A DNA stretch of 64,000 nt from positions 8,866,001 through 8,930,000 of the forward strand of contig NC_090349.1 of assembly GCF_035084215.1 (NCBI RefSeq), read 5' to 3'. The position numbers and the translations under genes are program-made. The notes beneath the pieces are model-generated. The model worked only from the letters and a program-made list of their open reading frames with translations, was not told the origin of the DNA and made no database searches. Positions 26,241 through 38,260 of this stretch are shown one piece after another. The stretch is from Heptranchias perlo (Eukaryota). Numbering within the stretch: the first letter of the stretch is position 1; every line of letters begins with the position of its first letter.

Positions 26241-26290
26241 TTACCTTAAGGTCGGACCGATTGACACCTTCACTTCCATGAGTGAGCGAG

Positions 26291-26340
26291 CTGTTGCCTC
26301 GCTTTCCACGTGCCAATAATACAAATGGGCCAAAGGGCAG
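26291..26340 (+). promoter_or_regulatory. Upstream enhancer-like module, copy belonging to hes5 pseudogene 1
   Basis: TTTCCACGTGCCAATAATACAAAT followed by DR1-like GGGCCA-A-AGGGCA (26327-26339); aligns with the modules at 38134-38190 and 59731-59790. Confidence 0.5.
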
Positions 26341-26534
26341 AACGACTGCACAATTCCAACATACACCGAGTGAGCCAGCAACAACTCACAACCCGTGCGG
26401 ACTGCAACTGCTGGTCAGCTTTCAGAGATTTAACGCTCACACCGAGGCTCAGTATTTCAGCTCAGACCACACTGAAACACGTGCATGTATAACCTGGCAT
26501 CTTACTATCATAAAATATATCAACTCGACCTTAG

Positions 26535-29370
26535 ACCATAAGAGACAGCAGCAGGAGTAGGCCATTTGGCCCCTCGAGCCTGCTCCGCCATTCAATGAGA
26601 TCATCGCTGATCTGATTTTTACCTCAACTCCACTTTCCCGCCCTTTCCCCATATCCTTTGACTCCCTTGCTGATCAAAAATTTGTCCAACTCAGCCTTGA
26701 ATGTATCCAATGACTCAGCCTCCACAGCATTTTGGGGTAAAGAATTCCAAAGATTCACAACCCTCTGGGAGAAGAAATTCCTCCTCATTTCCATCTTAAA
26801 TGGGCGACCCCTTATTCTGAGACTATGCCCCCTAGTTTTAGATTCCCCCATGAGGGGTAACATCCTCTCAGCATCTACCCTATCGAGTCCCCTCAGAATC
26901 TTGTATGTTTCAATAAGATCTCCTCTCATTCTTCTAAACTCCATTGAGTATAGACCCAACCTGGTCAATCTTTCCTCATAAGACAACCCTTCCATACCTG
27001 GAATCAACCTCTGAACTGCCTCCAATGCAAGTATGTTCTTCCTTAAATAAGGGCACCAGAACTGTATGCAGTACTCCAGGTGTGGTCTCACCAGCACCCG
27101 ATACAGTTGTAGCGTGACTTCCCTGCTTTTATACTTCATCCCCCTAGAAATAAAGGCCAATATTCTGTTTGCCTTCCGGATTACCTGCTGCACCTGTATG
27201 TTGACTTTTTGTGTTTCATGTACGAGGACACCCAGATCCCTCTGTACCGCCGCATTTTGTAGTATTTCTCCATTCAAATAATATTTTGCTTTTTTATTTT
27301 TCCTCCCAAAGTAGATGACTTCACATTTTCCCACATTATATTCCATCTGCCAATTTTTTCCTCATTCACTTAACCTGTCAATATCCCTTTGCAGACACTT
27401 TGTGTCCTCATTGCAACTTGCTTTTCCACCTATCTTTGTATCATCAGCAAATTTGGCCACAAGACACTCTGTTCCTTCATCCAAGTCATTGATATATATT
27501 GTAAATAGTTGAGGTCCCAGCACTGATCCCTGCGGCACCCCACTAGTTACAGATTGCCATTTTGAAAATTACTCTTTTACCCGACTCTTTGTTTTCTGTT
27601 AGTTAGCCAATCCACTATCCATGCCAGTATTTTACCCCCAACACCATGAGCTCTTATCTTGTGCAGTAATCTTTTATGTGGCACCTTATCAGATGCCTTT
27701 TGGAAATCCAAATATACTGCATCCATTGGTTCCCCTTTATCCACCCTGCCCGTTACTTCCTCAAAGAACTCTAATAAATTTGTCAGACACAATTTCCGCT
27801 TCATAAAACCGTGTTGACTCTCCTTGATTGTATTATGAGTCTCCAAATGTCCTGCTACTACTTCCTTAATAATGGATTCTACCATTTTCCCAATGACAGA
27901 TGTTAGGCTAACTGGTCTATAGTTACCTGCTTTCTGTCCCACTCCCTTCTTGAATAGGGGTGTTACGTTTGCGGTTTTCCAATCCGCTGGGACCTTTCCA
28001 GAATCTAGTGAATTCTGGAAGATTACAACCAATGCATCCACTATCTCTGTATCCCTTTAAGACCCTCTGATGCAAGTCATTAGGTCCAGGGGACTTGTCA
28101 GCTTTTAGACCCATTAGTTTACCTAGTACTTTTTCTCTAGTGATAGTGATTGTTTTTAGTTCCTCCCTCCCTTTTGCCCCTTGATTTTCTACTATTATTG
28201 GTATATTTTTAGTGCCGTCTACTGTGAAGACAGATACAAAATATCTGTTCAATTCCTCTGCCATCTCCTTGTTTTCCATTATTATTTCCCTAGTCTCATC
28301 CTCTAAGGGACCAATGTTTACTTTAGCTACCCTCTTCCTTTTTATATACTTGTAGAAGCTTTTACTGTCAGTTTTTATATTCCTTGCTAGTTTACTCTCA
28401 TAATTTATTTTCTCCCTCTTCATTATTCTTTTAGTCATCCTTTGCTGGTTTTTAAAGTTTTCCCAATCTTCGGGCTTACCAGTAATCTTTGCCATGTTGT
28501 ATGCTTTTTCTTTTAACCTGATACCATCCTTTACTTCCTTAGTTAACCATGGTTGGTTCACCCTTTTTGTGGAGTCTTTCCTCCTCACAGGGATATATTT
28601 TTGTTGCGAGTCATAAAATATCTTTTTAAATGTTTGCCACTGCTTATCCACCATCATACCATCTAATCTGTTTACCCAGTCCAGTTTAGCCAATTCTGCC
28701 CTCATTCCTTTATAATTGCCCTTATTTAAGTTTAATACAGTAGTTTCAGACCCAAGATCCTCGCTCTCAAATTGGATGTGAAATTCTATCATGTTATGAT
28801 CACTGCTTCCCAGGGGATCCTTTACTTTGAGATCATTAATTAATCCAGTTTTGTTACCCATTACCAGATCCAAAATGGCTTGTTCCCTGGTTGGTTCCCC
28901 AACGTATTGCCTAAGAAACAGTCCCTAATACACTCTATGAACTCCTCCTCAGGGCTATTTTTGCCAATTTGATTTGTCCAATCTATGTGAAAGTTAAAAT
29001 TGCCCATGATTATTGCATTACCTTATTTCCTGATTTATATTTTGCCCTACAGTGTAGCGACTGTTAGGAGGCCTATATACCTCTCCCACCAGTGATTTAT
29101 TTCCCTTGCTATTTCTTACCTCCATCCAAATTGATTCGACATCTTGATCTTCTAAGCCAAGATCATTTCTCACTATTATACCAATTTCATCCTTTATTAA
29201 CAGAGCTACCCCACCACCTTTACCTTTTTTCCTATCCTTCCGAAATGTTAAATAACCCTGAATATTTAGCTCCTAACCTTGGTCACCTTGCAACCACGAC
29301 TCTGTAATGGCCACGAGGTCATACCCATCTGTTTCTATTTGTGCCGTCAATTCATCTATCTTATTACGAA
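26535..29370 (-). mobile_element. CR1 LINE ORF2 (endonuclease + RT), 5' truncated
   Basis: Minus-strand ORFs 27923-28873, 27577-28041 and 26624-27346 with CR1 motifs; tail at about 26540-26600. Confidence 0.93.
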
Positions 29371-29431
29371 CGCTGCCCTCATTATATCTCACTGTAACAA
29401 TGAGAAATATGGCCAAAAATGGTTAGTAAAG

Positions 29432-29432
<1 letters not shown>

Positions 29433-29475
<43 letters not shown>
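29433..29475. repeat. (CT)n(AT)n compound microsatellite
   Basis: Directly visible. Confidence 0.9.
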
Positions 29476-29837
29476 CATGCCGGACAAACTGATCATCGTG
29501 AATGTAATCGAATTGTCACTCGGAAACCCCGAAATTGACTATGAGATAGTCAATAAAATCTAAATTCAATTTATATCTACACATAGCTTGGTAGTCTGTA
29601 AAATCAGTTTAGATGTCTGGACTAACTCGATGTTACATGAGCCCCCTCCCTGACCCAGAGTAGAGGTCACTGATCAGTCCCTTGCTCAGAGCTGTCGCGG
29701 TTTCCCAGGTGCAGCAAAGGATTTCTGTCCAGCTGTTGAGTTTCAATGAGCAGTGACTGAGTTCATCCATCTCAACACCCCGAGGGGACAAGAGGTGTAA
29801 CTCCAAACAGACATCAGTCTCGCTTCCCCTCTACCCA

Positions 29838-30705
29838 TGTAAGGAATCTTACAACACCAGGTTATAGTCCAACAATTTTATTTTAAAATCACAAGCTTTC
29901 GGAGATTATCTCCTTCGTCAGGTGAGTGAGTGAGTGAATGAGAGGTTCTCAAATTGCATATCTTATATTAGGCTGGGACACCATCACACCAATCAAAGGT
30001 GTCGATGGTGTTCAGACAGGTTAGCCACGGAAAACAGTAGGACCCAGTATACTGAATACACAATGGGTCAAATTACACAGACAGAGAGAAAGAGACCCGA
30101 AAGGTGGAGAGAGAGAGAGAATGTCCAGTTGTACGAAAAACAAATAACCCTTTTTTCCTGCTGGTGGGGTTATGTGTAGCGTGACATGAACCCAAGATCC
30201 CGGTTGAGGCCGTCCTCATGGGTGCGGAACCCGGCCACCAATTTCCGCCCGACGACCCTGCGCCGCCGCGGGTCTCGAAGGCCGCCCCGGAGAACGCCCA
30301 CCCGAAGATCGGTGGCTGAATGTCCTTGACTGCTAAAATGTTCCCCGACTGGGAGGGAACCCTCCCGTCTGGCGATTGTTGCGTGGTGTCCGTTCATCCG
30401 TTGTCGCAGTGTCTGCACGGTCTCGCCAATGTACCATGCTCTGGGGCATCCTTTCCTGCAACGTACGAGGTAGACAACGTTGGCCGAGTCACAGGAGTAT
30501 GAACCATGTACCTGGTGGGTGGTGTCCTCTCGTGTGATGGTGGTATCTGTGTCGATGATCTGGCATGTCTTGCAGAGGTTGCCGTGGCAGGGTTGTGCGG
30601 TGTCGTGGACGCTGTTCTCCCGAAAGCTGGGTAATTTGCTGCGAACGATGGTCTGTTTGAGATTGGGTGGCTGTATGGGTGGCTGTATAGGTGGCTGTAT
30701 GGCCC
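29838..30705 (-). mobile_element. Penelope-like element 3' part with GIY-YIG endonuclease
   Basis: PCHGNLCKTC..NVVYLVRCRKGCPRAWYIGETVQTLRQRMNGH..HEDGLNRDLGF; a 12-bp triplication (PPIQ) at the 5' truncation junction, 30666-30703. Confidence 0.9.
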
Positions 30706-31398
30706 CAGGTATGGGAACACTCGAAATACATTTCAGCGCCAAGTACAAGCTTCACGTCAAATTTGAATTCCAAATTTTCTTATTAATCCCACATTAATCT
30801 CTGAAATCCTACATTAAACTTTCCAAAATTCGGCTCTCAATTGAGTGCAAATTTAGAGATATATCTTCAAACTGTCGGACAAAGAGTGTCGGGAATCTGA
30901 TTTGCCCTGGCTTTTGCATTTAACCCCGCATTATTCGCCTCATCCCACTTTTTCTAAATCAATTTACAGGCCATTAAACTGCTTGTTTGTATCAGTAATT
31001 CACATTTCTGTTTCCTTTAGCTGCTGTTCTCCCCTCTGTTATTGACCCCACAATGGTACTGTCGCACTCTCCCTTTTCCAGTTCTCAATCCAAACCTTAG
31101 CCTCTCCTTTTTCCAGATGCTGATGAACGTTTCGCGTATTTACAACATTTTCTGTTCATACTATTTAACTTTGGAATATCTCTATGCGTTAAAACCACTC
31201 AGCATACAAGCCGTTCCAACCACCAACAACTTCACGGAACTTGAGTTAGTGGGAATGTTTTAAGACCTTTTTAAAAAATTCAGTAAAATTACTTGATTAA
31301 TTTTCGGCGCCAGATGCTGAAGATGAGATAAATGTATCTTTTTCTCTCTCTCTCTGCTCAGTGACACTGACGAGCTGCTCTTTCACAGCCCCGCGCCC

Positions 31399-31632
31399 TT
31401 CTCATGACCTTACACGAGCCCCGCAGGCTCAGGATTACTGACTCATACCAGCTCTCCAGATGGTCTCCTGAGACTCGGCCCCAACAAAACGTCAATCAGT
31501 GGGGATAATTTCTCATTCAGAGAGAAACACTTTGGCCATTGTTCCTCGGACAGCAGCAATTGGCTGCTGAGTGTGGGAAACGCAAAGAAACCCGGACTCA
31601 CGCTTCTCCCTGACTATTCGGAGCAATAAATA
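31399..31632 (+). promoter_or_regulatory. Notch-type hes5 promoter of pseudogene 1
   Basis: N-box CACGAG 31413-31418; E-box CAGATG near 31458; ATTGG; RBPJ TGTGGGAA 31572-31579; 15-bp spacer; inverted GACTCACG 31595-31602; TATA-position AATAAATA 31625-31632. Collinear with the hes5 promoter at 63160-63397. Confidence 0.85.
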
Positions 31633-31682
31633 CAGGAGAGGTTGGACAGAGCCGCAGCAGAGAGGGTCTCTGAGAAGAACGT

Positions 31683-32275
31683 ATAGCTCCATTCAATATC
31701 GGTTGCAAGAATGTTAACTTCATTACAGGAGGATACAGCAGAATCCCAGTCAAGGCACAGCATAAAGAAAGTTTACATTTGCAAAAAGGTGGGATTGACA
31801 TTAATCGTATAATATTAATCAGCCGATGCTTTTGCGAGATGCTAAAATATATATTTTGTTATTTTTCAGCTGTTGAAAGCACCGATAAAGAGACGCTGCA
31901 GCGATTGGTCTGGGCTATAGAGAGATTCAGCAACATCCACAGATTAAAGCCCGTGGATGGCGCCGTGCTGGAAATGAGAGGGGATTAACTGAAATCTTAG
32001 AATCAGCAGCAAGTCCCCGGTAAATCCCTTACACACACAATTGTAAAGAATACCTTTCAAACAAGTTTCTTGTTCCCCAATCAGAGTTTTCTAACGTGTT
32101 TTTTTTCTTGTACTTTAGCTCATCTCCCAGTGATTCCACATCAGAATACTCGGGGACCGACACCTGTACGCCCAAGATGCAGATTCAGAAGAAAATTCCC
32201 AACCATTTGAACAGAGCTCCCAATACAGCCAAAGCTCCATGCGTCGCCTCTACGCTCTCCACTTTACCCTAGCAG
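31683..32275 (+). pseudogene. hes5-like pseudogene 1 (three-exon structure retained)
   Basis: ATAGCTCCA at 31683 sits where ATGGCTCCT is expected. Exon 1 ends AAGAAA/gtttac at 31770. Exon 2 (31870-32019) reads LLKAPIKRRCSD...AVLEMRGD*LKS*NQQQ versus IMKITIEKRRRD...ADILKMTVNYLKYHNQQ, with a helix-1 deletion and stops. Exon 3 from 32119 has Orange-like MQIQKKIPNHLNR. Introns are 99/99 nt versus 113/95 nt in the intact gene. Confidence 0.85.
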
Positions 32276-32499
32276 ATCTGAAACACTTGGACATTTTATA
32301 GAACTCAGGATGTGACAGTTGCACATCAAAATCACTGGAGATGTACTCTGGTGTAAGACAGTATTCCAGAATGGAAGCAGTGTCATTAATACCTTCACAT
32401 TGAAGGAGATGGACAGTTTGTTAAAGGGATATTTCTGATCCTTACCTGCGTGATGTCATAATATGTGACCCGTGTTCTACAATATTTGTAGAGTTACTC

Positions 32500-33165
32500 A
32501 ATAATATATCTGTATATTCACAGTGAATATGTGCAGTAGTTGGAATAACGATGAAACTGTGGAGGAGAAATCTCTCCATATCGATTCCTGGTGAACTGTG
32601 TGAGAGATGGAAAGTAGTTTATTCTGATGGACAATTTGTATCTTTTGCAGAAATCCATATCCATTAACTGAGTGGTAATGTGATCAAAGGCAGACCTAAT
32701 ACAATAGAAATTGTTACTGGAAAAGCATTAATATTCAGATGATCAGTTTTGTGAAGATAAAGTAGAAAAGCTTATGGACCCCAGGCATCTCGCTTCCTGG
32801 GAGTTAATTCTAAAGATTGTAGTTCTATGTTAATTCCCCGTGATCATATCGCTGTGGTACTGAGAGGGTTCACGTCGATCTGCTAATAAGTGCAGGCACG
32901 TATCTTCATATTGAAAGAGGTAGATAGTTTTTAAAGGGATATTTCCGATCCTTGTGTAACGTCGCAACATAGATCTGTCTAGGATCACATTACCAAATAC
33001 AATACTCAGTTAATGGATATAGATTTCTGCAAATTGTTTATCAGAACAAACCACTTTCCATCCCACACACAGTTCACCAGGAATCGATATGGAGAGAATT
33101 CTCCTACACTTTCACCGTTTTCCATCTACTGCACATACTCACTGTGAATATATAGATATATTATT
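32500..33165. repeat. ~185-bp inverted repeat with ~300-nt spacer, downstream of pseudogene 1
   Basis: Arm 32500-32685 is complementary to arm 32983-33165, including a perfect 32-bp stretch (32571-32602). Confidence 0.9.
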
Positions 33166-33883
33166 TGTAGAGATAGATATCCACAGATAGATATCCGTAG
33201 AGTTACTGAACTGTATATAGGTGAGATCTCTCTTTGTTGATCTCTGTGAAGTGTGTTGGAGGTGGAATGTCTTTATGTTAAAGATAACTTGTATCCACCT
33301 GAGAAAGTTTTAGATGAGAGGACAAACGAAGCGTTAATACAGTAACATATTGGTGTACATTCTAATGTTCATTAATATAAAATAGGGATAGAAAAACGTA
33401 AGATCTCAGAGCCTTGGAATAGCGGTTGTAAAATTGCTTTGTAGAGGCGGCTGTTCCCCTGCATCAGGGATGGAAAATGATTTCTCTTGTTGAAGGTGAT
33501 TGGTATCTTTTTGTAAAAGGCCTAATATTAAGTGTTTGGAACCCCTAAAGCTTCGGCCCTTGCTCAGCATTCTGTGAATGAACCAGGAAGGGTGTAATGT
33601 TTTATTGCTTTGGCGTGATCTTGTAGGGGTATACGCGATATTAAAAGAAATAGATAAAGTTAGGGAAACTGCTTCGGGATGTGAATTATAGATCAAGGGG
33701 GCATGGGTTAAAAAACTGGAGGAAGGGAAGTTTAAACCTGACGTCAGGAAGAACTTCTCCATAATTAATAATTCTGGGTGGATGAGCTCAGAGGGGCTGA
33801 TTGGGCTCGCTCGTCGGTAACTATTTTGTGATCATTTTGTTGTGGTGCTGGAGGAGTTAACTGAACGGGCTGAAATTATTAAT

Positions 33884-34124
33884 AATAAGTAAAATAAAAA
33901 CAGAAAATGCTGGAAAAGCAAATGAGGCAGCATCTGTGGAGAAAGAAACAGAGTTAACGTTTCAGGTCAAAGACCTTTCGTCAGTTCGCTGATCTTACAA
34001 AAGTTCTTCGACCTGAAACGTTAACTCTGTTTCTTTCTCCACAGATGCTGCCTGACTTGCTGAGCTTTTCCAGCATTTTCTGTTTTTATTTCAGATTTCC
34101 AGCACCCGCTGTATTTTGCTTTTG
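33884..34124. mobile_element. Palindromic Penelope-terminus element (no ORF) with 17-bp TSD
   Basis: Inverted copies of the same terminus as 12660-12790; GGGCTGAAATTATTAAT duplicated at 33867-33883 and 34125-34141. Confidence 0.8.
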
Positions 34125-35821
34125 GGGCTGAAATTATTAATCGGGGCTGATAATTAGTGATCCACATTGGGTGACATTCGGAATGGGAGATTTACAGTTC
34201 GGTGCATTGCTGCGGTGTCTTGGAAAATACATTTGAGGCTATAGCATAAATGTAAATATGCTGGACATTAAATTTTACAAATTTCCAATAAAATAATTTT
34301 AAGCTATTACCGAATTAAACGGTTTGTACAAACAGTGCATTAATTTACTGTACACACTACATTATATCTACCTCTCGTAGCTGAACCGCCATCAGCCCGA
34401 CCCCCACCCCCACAGATGCTGTGTATATCTTTACAATTCAATGGCATCTAAGATTATTGATCTGATTCCAAAGGGGAGTAGCTGGGATTTTTTTCGGGTG
34501 TAATTAATGAGTCCTGCTCACACACGCCTCATGAATATAGAAAACATAGAAAATGGGAGCAGGAGTAGGCCATTCGGCCCTTCAAGCCTGCTCTGCCATT
34601 CAATATAATCATGGCTGATCCTCTATCGCAATACCATATTCGAATATATGCGAAATTGAACACAGTGAATTAATAAATAACGTTGAAATAAATTGTGGGA
34701 AATCAGTGTCAGTGTAATGTGTTTAATTAAAAGAATAAACCATTGAATACTTTCCTGAGATTAATTATCTCCATTCGCTCAAACCCACCCATATATTATG
34801 GCGCGAACTCCCATCTAAGTATTTGAAATGAGGCACCTGCTGTCCAATTCTGAAATGAATAGTATTACTTTCCTAACACTGACAGTGCGAGTTGAGAGGA
34901 AACGCAGATTCCTGGGCAGCATAGGTCCCTCCTTAATTGCCAGTACTGAGTGTGTCGCGGTGACCGAGAGTTTGGAATTACAGCTTCCTATGATCCACAG
35001 TGGCCGTGAGGCTGTTGCTGAAGATTCTTTCCCATCGGTTTGCGAGAGGGGGAGGAGCCTGTGGGTTGAGTCCAATTACAACTCAAACACGTAGGACTGA
35101 ATTTCAGTCTGATGGAAATAATGGGGCCTGACAGTTACAGTTTAAACAATCCATTGCAGTCCCGGGACAGCTAGTCGCTACATCCTTAAGCGTCAGTTAT
35201 ATTGTCATCTTCACATCCCTGAGAAAGGAACGCACTACCTGAAAGGGTGGTGGAATCAGATTCCATTGGAACTTTCAAAAGGCAATTGGACATGTACTTG
35301 AAGAGAAATTTGCTGGGTTATGGGGAAAAAGCTGGGGTGTGGGACTAAATTGGACAGCTCTTTCAAAGAGCCGGCACAGGGACGACAGACCGAATGGCTT
35401 CCTTCCGTGCTGTAAGATTCGATGATTCTATGAGAACAAAGGGAAGGAGAGAGAAACACACACACGAGAGAGGGGAAGTGGAATGAACTGAAAAAAAAGA
35501 GACGGTTAAATGGTATAAGTGATATTAGCATGATTCGATATGATGAATAATGAGAGAAATCAAATAAATTAAAGACATTTATAAGGCACAGAGAGTGTGT
35601 GAATAGCACAGTAGGGGTAGCAATAGACGCACAAAAACTGGCGAAGTGGAGCAGGCTATGAAGCTCAAGGCAAGCTCGAGGAACTGCATGTCATCTTTTT
35701 TACGAGACAGTTTACACCTCTGGCCTGTTGACTTTAACAACTTCAGATCTTAACTTTAACCACTTTCTCAGCTTTTTCCTATTTCTTATCATCACTTTAC
35801 AGGTCATTCCACGTCCTCTCC

Positions 35822-37255
35822 TGTGTGTGTGTTAGTGTTTGTATTAGTGCTTGTGTGTGTGTGTTAGTGTTTGTATTAGTGCTTGTGTGTGTTAGTGTTT
35901 GTATTAATGCTTGTGTGTTAGTGTTTGTATTAATGCTTGTGTGTTAGTGTTTGTATTAATGCTTGTGTGTTAGTGTTTGTATTAGTGCTTGTGTGTTAGT
36001 GTTTGTATTAATGCTTGTGTGTTAGTGTTTGTATTAATGCTTGTGTGTTAGTGTTTGTATTAGTGCTTGTGTGTGTTAGTGTTTGTATTAATGCTTGTGT
36101 GTTAGTGTTTGTATTAATGCTTGTGTGTTAGTGTTTGTATTAGTGCTTGTGTGTGTTAGTGTTTGTATTAATGCTTGTGTGTGTGTTAGTGTTTGTATTA
36201 GTGCTTGTGTGTGTGTTAGTGTTTGTATTAGTGCTTGTGTGTTAGTGTTTGTATTAATGCTTGTGTGTTAGTGTTTGTATTAATGCTTGTGTGTTAGTGT
36301 TTGTATTAGTGCTTGTGTGTGTTAGTGTTTGTATTAATGCTTGTGTGTGTGTTAGTGTTTGTATTAGTGCTTGTGTGTGTGTTAGTGTTTGTATTAGTGC
36401 TTGTGTGTGTGTTAGTGTTTGTATTAATGCTTGTGTGTTAGTGTTTGTATTAATGCTTGTGTGTTAGTGTTTGTATTAATGCTTGTGTGTTAGTGTTTGT
36501 ATTAATGCTTGTGTGTTAGTGTTTGTATTAATGCTTGTGTGTTAGTGTTTGTATTAGTGCTTGTGTGTGTTAGTGTTTGTATTAATGCTTGTGTGTGTGT
36601 TAGTGTTTGTATTAGTGCTTGTGTGTGTGTTAGTGTTTGTATTAGTGCTTGTGTGTTAGTGTTTGTATTAATGCTTGTGTGTTAGTGTTTGTATTAATGC
36701 TTGTGTGTGTGTTAGTGTTTGTATTAGTGCTTGTGTGTGTGTGTTAGTGTTTGTATTAGTGCGTGTGTGTGTTTGTATTAGTGCTTGTGTGTGTTTGTAT
36801 TAATGCTTGTGTGTTAGTGTTTGTATTAGTGCTTGTGTGTGTGTTAGTGTTTGTATTAGTGCTTGTGTGTGTGTTAGTGTTTGTATTAATGCTTGTGTGT
36901 GTGTTAGTGTTTGTATTAGTGCTTGTGTGTGTGTTAGTGTTTGTAATAGTGCTTGTGTGTGTTAGTGTTTGTAATAGTGCTTGTGTGTGTTAGTGTTTGT
37001 AATAGTGCTTGTGTGTGTTAGTGTTTGTAATAGTGCTTGTGTGTGTTAGTGTTTGTATTAGTGCTTGTGTGTGTGTTAGTGTTTGTAATAGTGCTTGTGT
37101 GTGTGTTAGTGTTTGTATTAGTGCTTGTGTGTGTGTTAGTGTTTGTAATAGTGCTTGTGTGTGTGTTAGTGTTTGTATTAGTGCTTGTGTGTGTTAGTGT
37201 TTGTAATAGTGCTTGTGTGTGTGTTAGTGTTTGTATTAGTGCTTGTGTGTGTGTT
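35822..37255 (+). repeat. GT-rich minisatellite, unit (GT)nTAGTGTTTGTATTARTGCTT of 26-32 bp, roughly 50 copies
   Basis: Directly visible; a GTAATAG variant is confined to the 3' part. Confidence 0.97.
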
Positions 37256-38062
37256 TTCCCCTTCCTTTCCCTTCGATCTGCTCCTTTTTAATAAACTCTC
37301 CACCTGTTATTTTTCCCGTTCTGATGAAGTGTTAGAGATGAAACGTAACTTTCCTGTTTTTTTCCACAGGCGCTGACTGATCTACTGAGTGCACGGCATT
37401 TTCTGTTTCTAATTACAGTTACACGCTCACCGTAATCAGGCTACAAATGATTAAATGCTCACCCTAGCCTGGTGGCATTTACATGCTCATGTAACCGAGT
37501 CACAGTTACATGCTCACCATAACTAGATGAGAAACGGTAAATGCTCATGGTAACATACAGTTTGAAAATGCAGATTGCTTTAATTTCAATTTCCCGCACA
37601 CTGGTCTCCCTGAGATTACATAATGTGCAGAAGAGGGGGAGAAGTGCTGAGCAGGTTGGTGAGGATTTGTGGTGTATCTTACGGTAGATGCTAACAGGGA
37701 ATTTATTTTTATTGCGGATCAAAAGTTAGAAATGGAGGTTGGCCATATAAGGGGACAGACAGTTAATGTCTTTCTATGACGTTCTTCGATCTCCCATTTT
37801 AGTGAAGCTGTAATAAAACCGTGTGCTTTAAAGACATTAATGCCTCCGATAAATAACCGGCAGAAAAATGTCAAACCAGCTGGCTAAGTGTATAGTCAAC
37901 AGTAGCTTGCAACTTCCAGTTTCTTCTGAAGCGATTCCAGTATTTCAGAATTACAAAACCAGTCCATCAACCGAATAAAACACATTTAATATATCCATAC
38001 AAATGCTATTTCTCCAATCTGTTAGTGTTAATATTAAGCTGCTGGTCATTTAAGACAAAGCG

Positions 38063-38260
38063 CGGGAATACAGTGACCGCAGACTCTGCTATTCTCCAGT
38101 TTAGTGACGGGTTTGCTTTCTTGGAATCGGGCGATTGTTGCTGAAAATTTCCCACGTGCCATTAACACAAAACAGGTCAGAGGTCAAGCCCCTGACCAAC
38201 AGTACAAAGCAAATACCCCTGAAGAAGCTGAACTTTAACGGACAGGGTTACTGGGGGGTC
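38063..38260 (+). promoter_or_regulatory. Distal enhancer-like module of hes5 pseudogene 2
   Basis: RBPJ TTCCCACG 38149-38156 overlapping E-box CACGTG; ATTGTT/ACAAA Sox-like sites; perfect DR1 AGGTCA-G-AGGTCA 38174-38186; paralogous to 59669-59850. Confidence 0.7.

Noticed and set aside
34694-34701. Isolated RBPJ consensus TGTGGGAA (another near 10516)
   Set aside because: Single 8-mers are expected by chance in 64 kb, and these lack the paired or module context.
36261-37376. Val/Cys-rich ORFs that look like membrane or metal-binding proteins
   Set aside because: They are translations of the GT-rich minisatellite.
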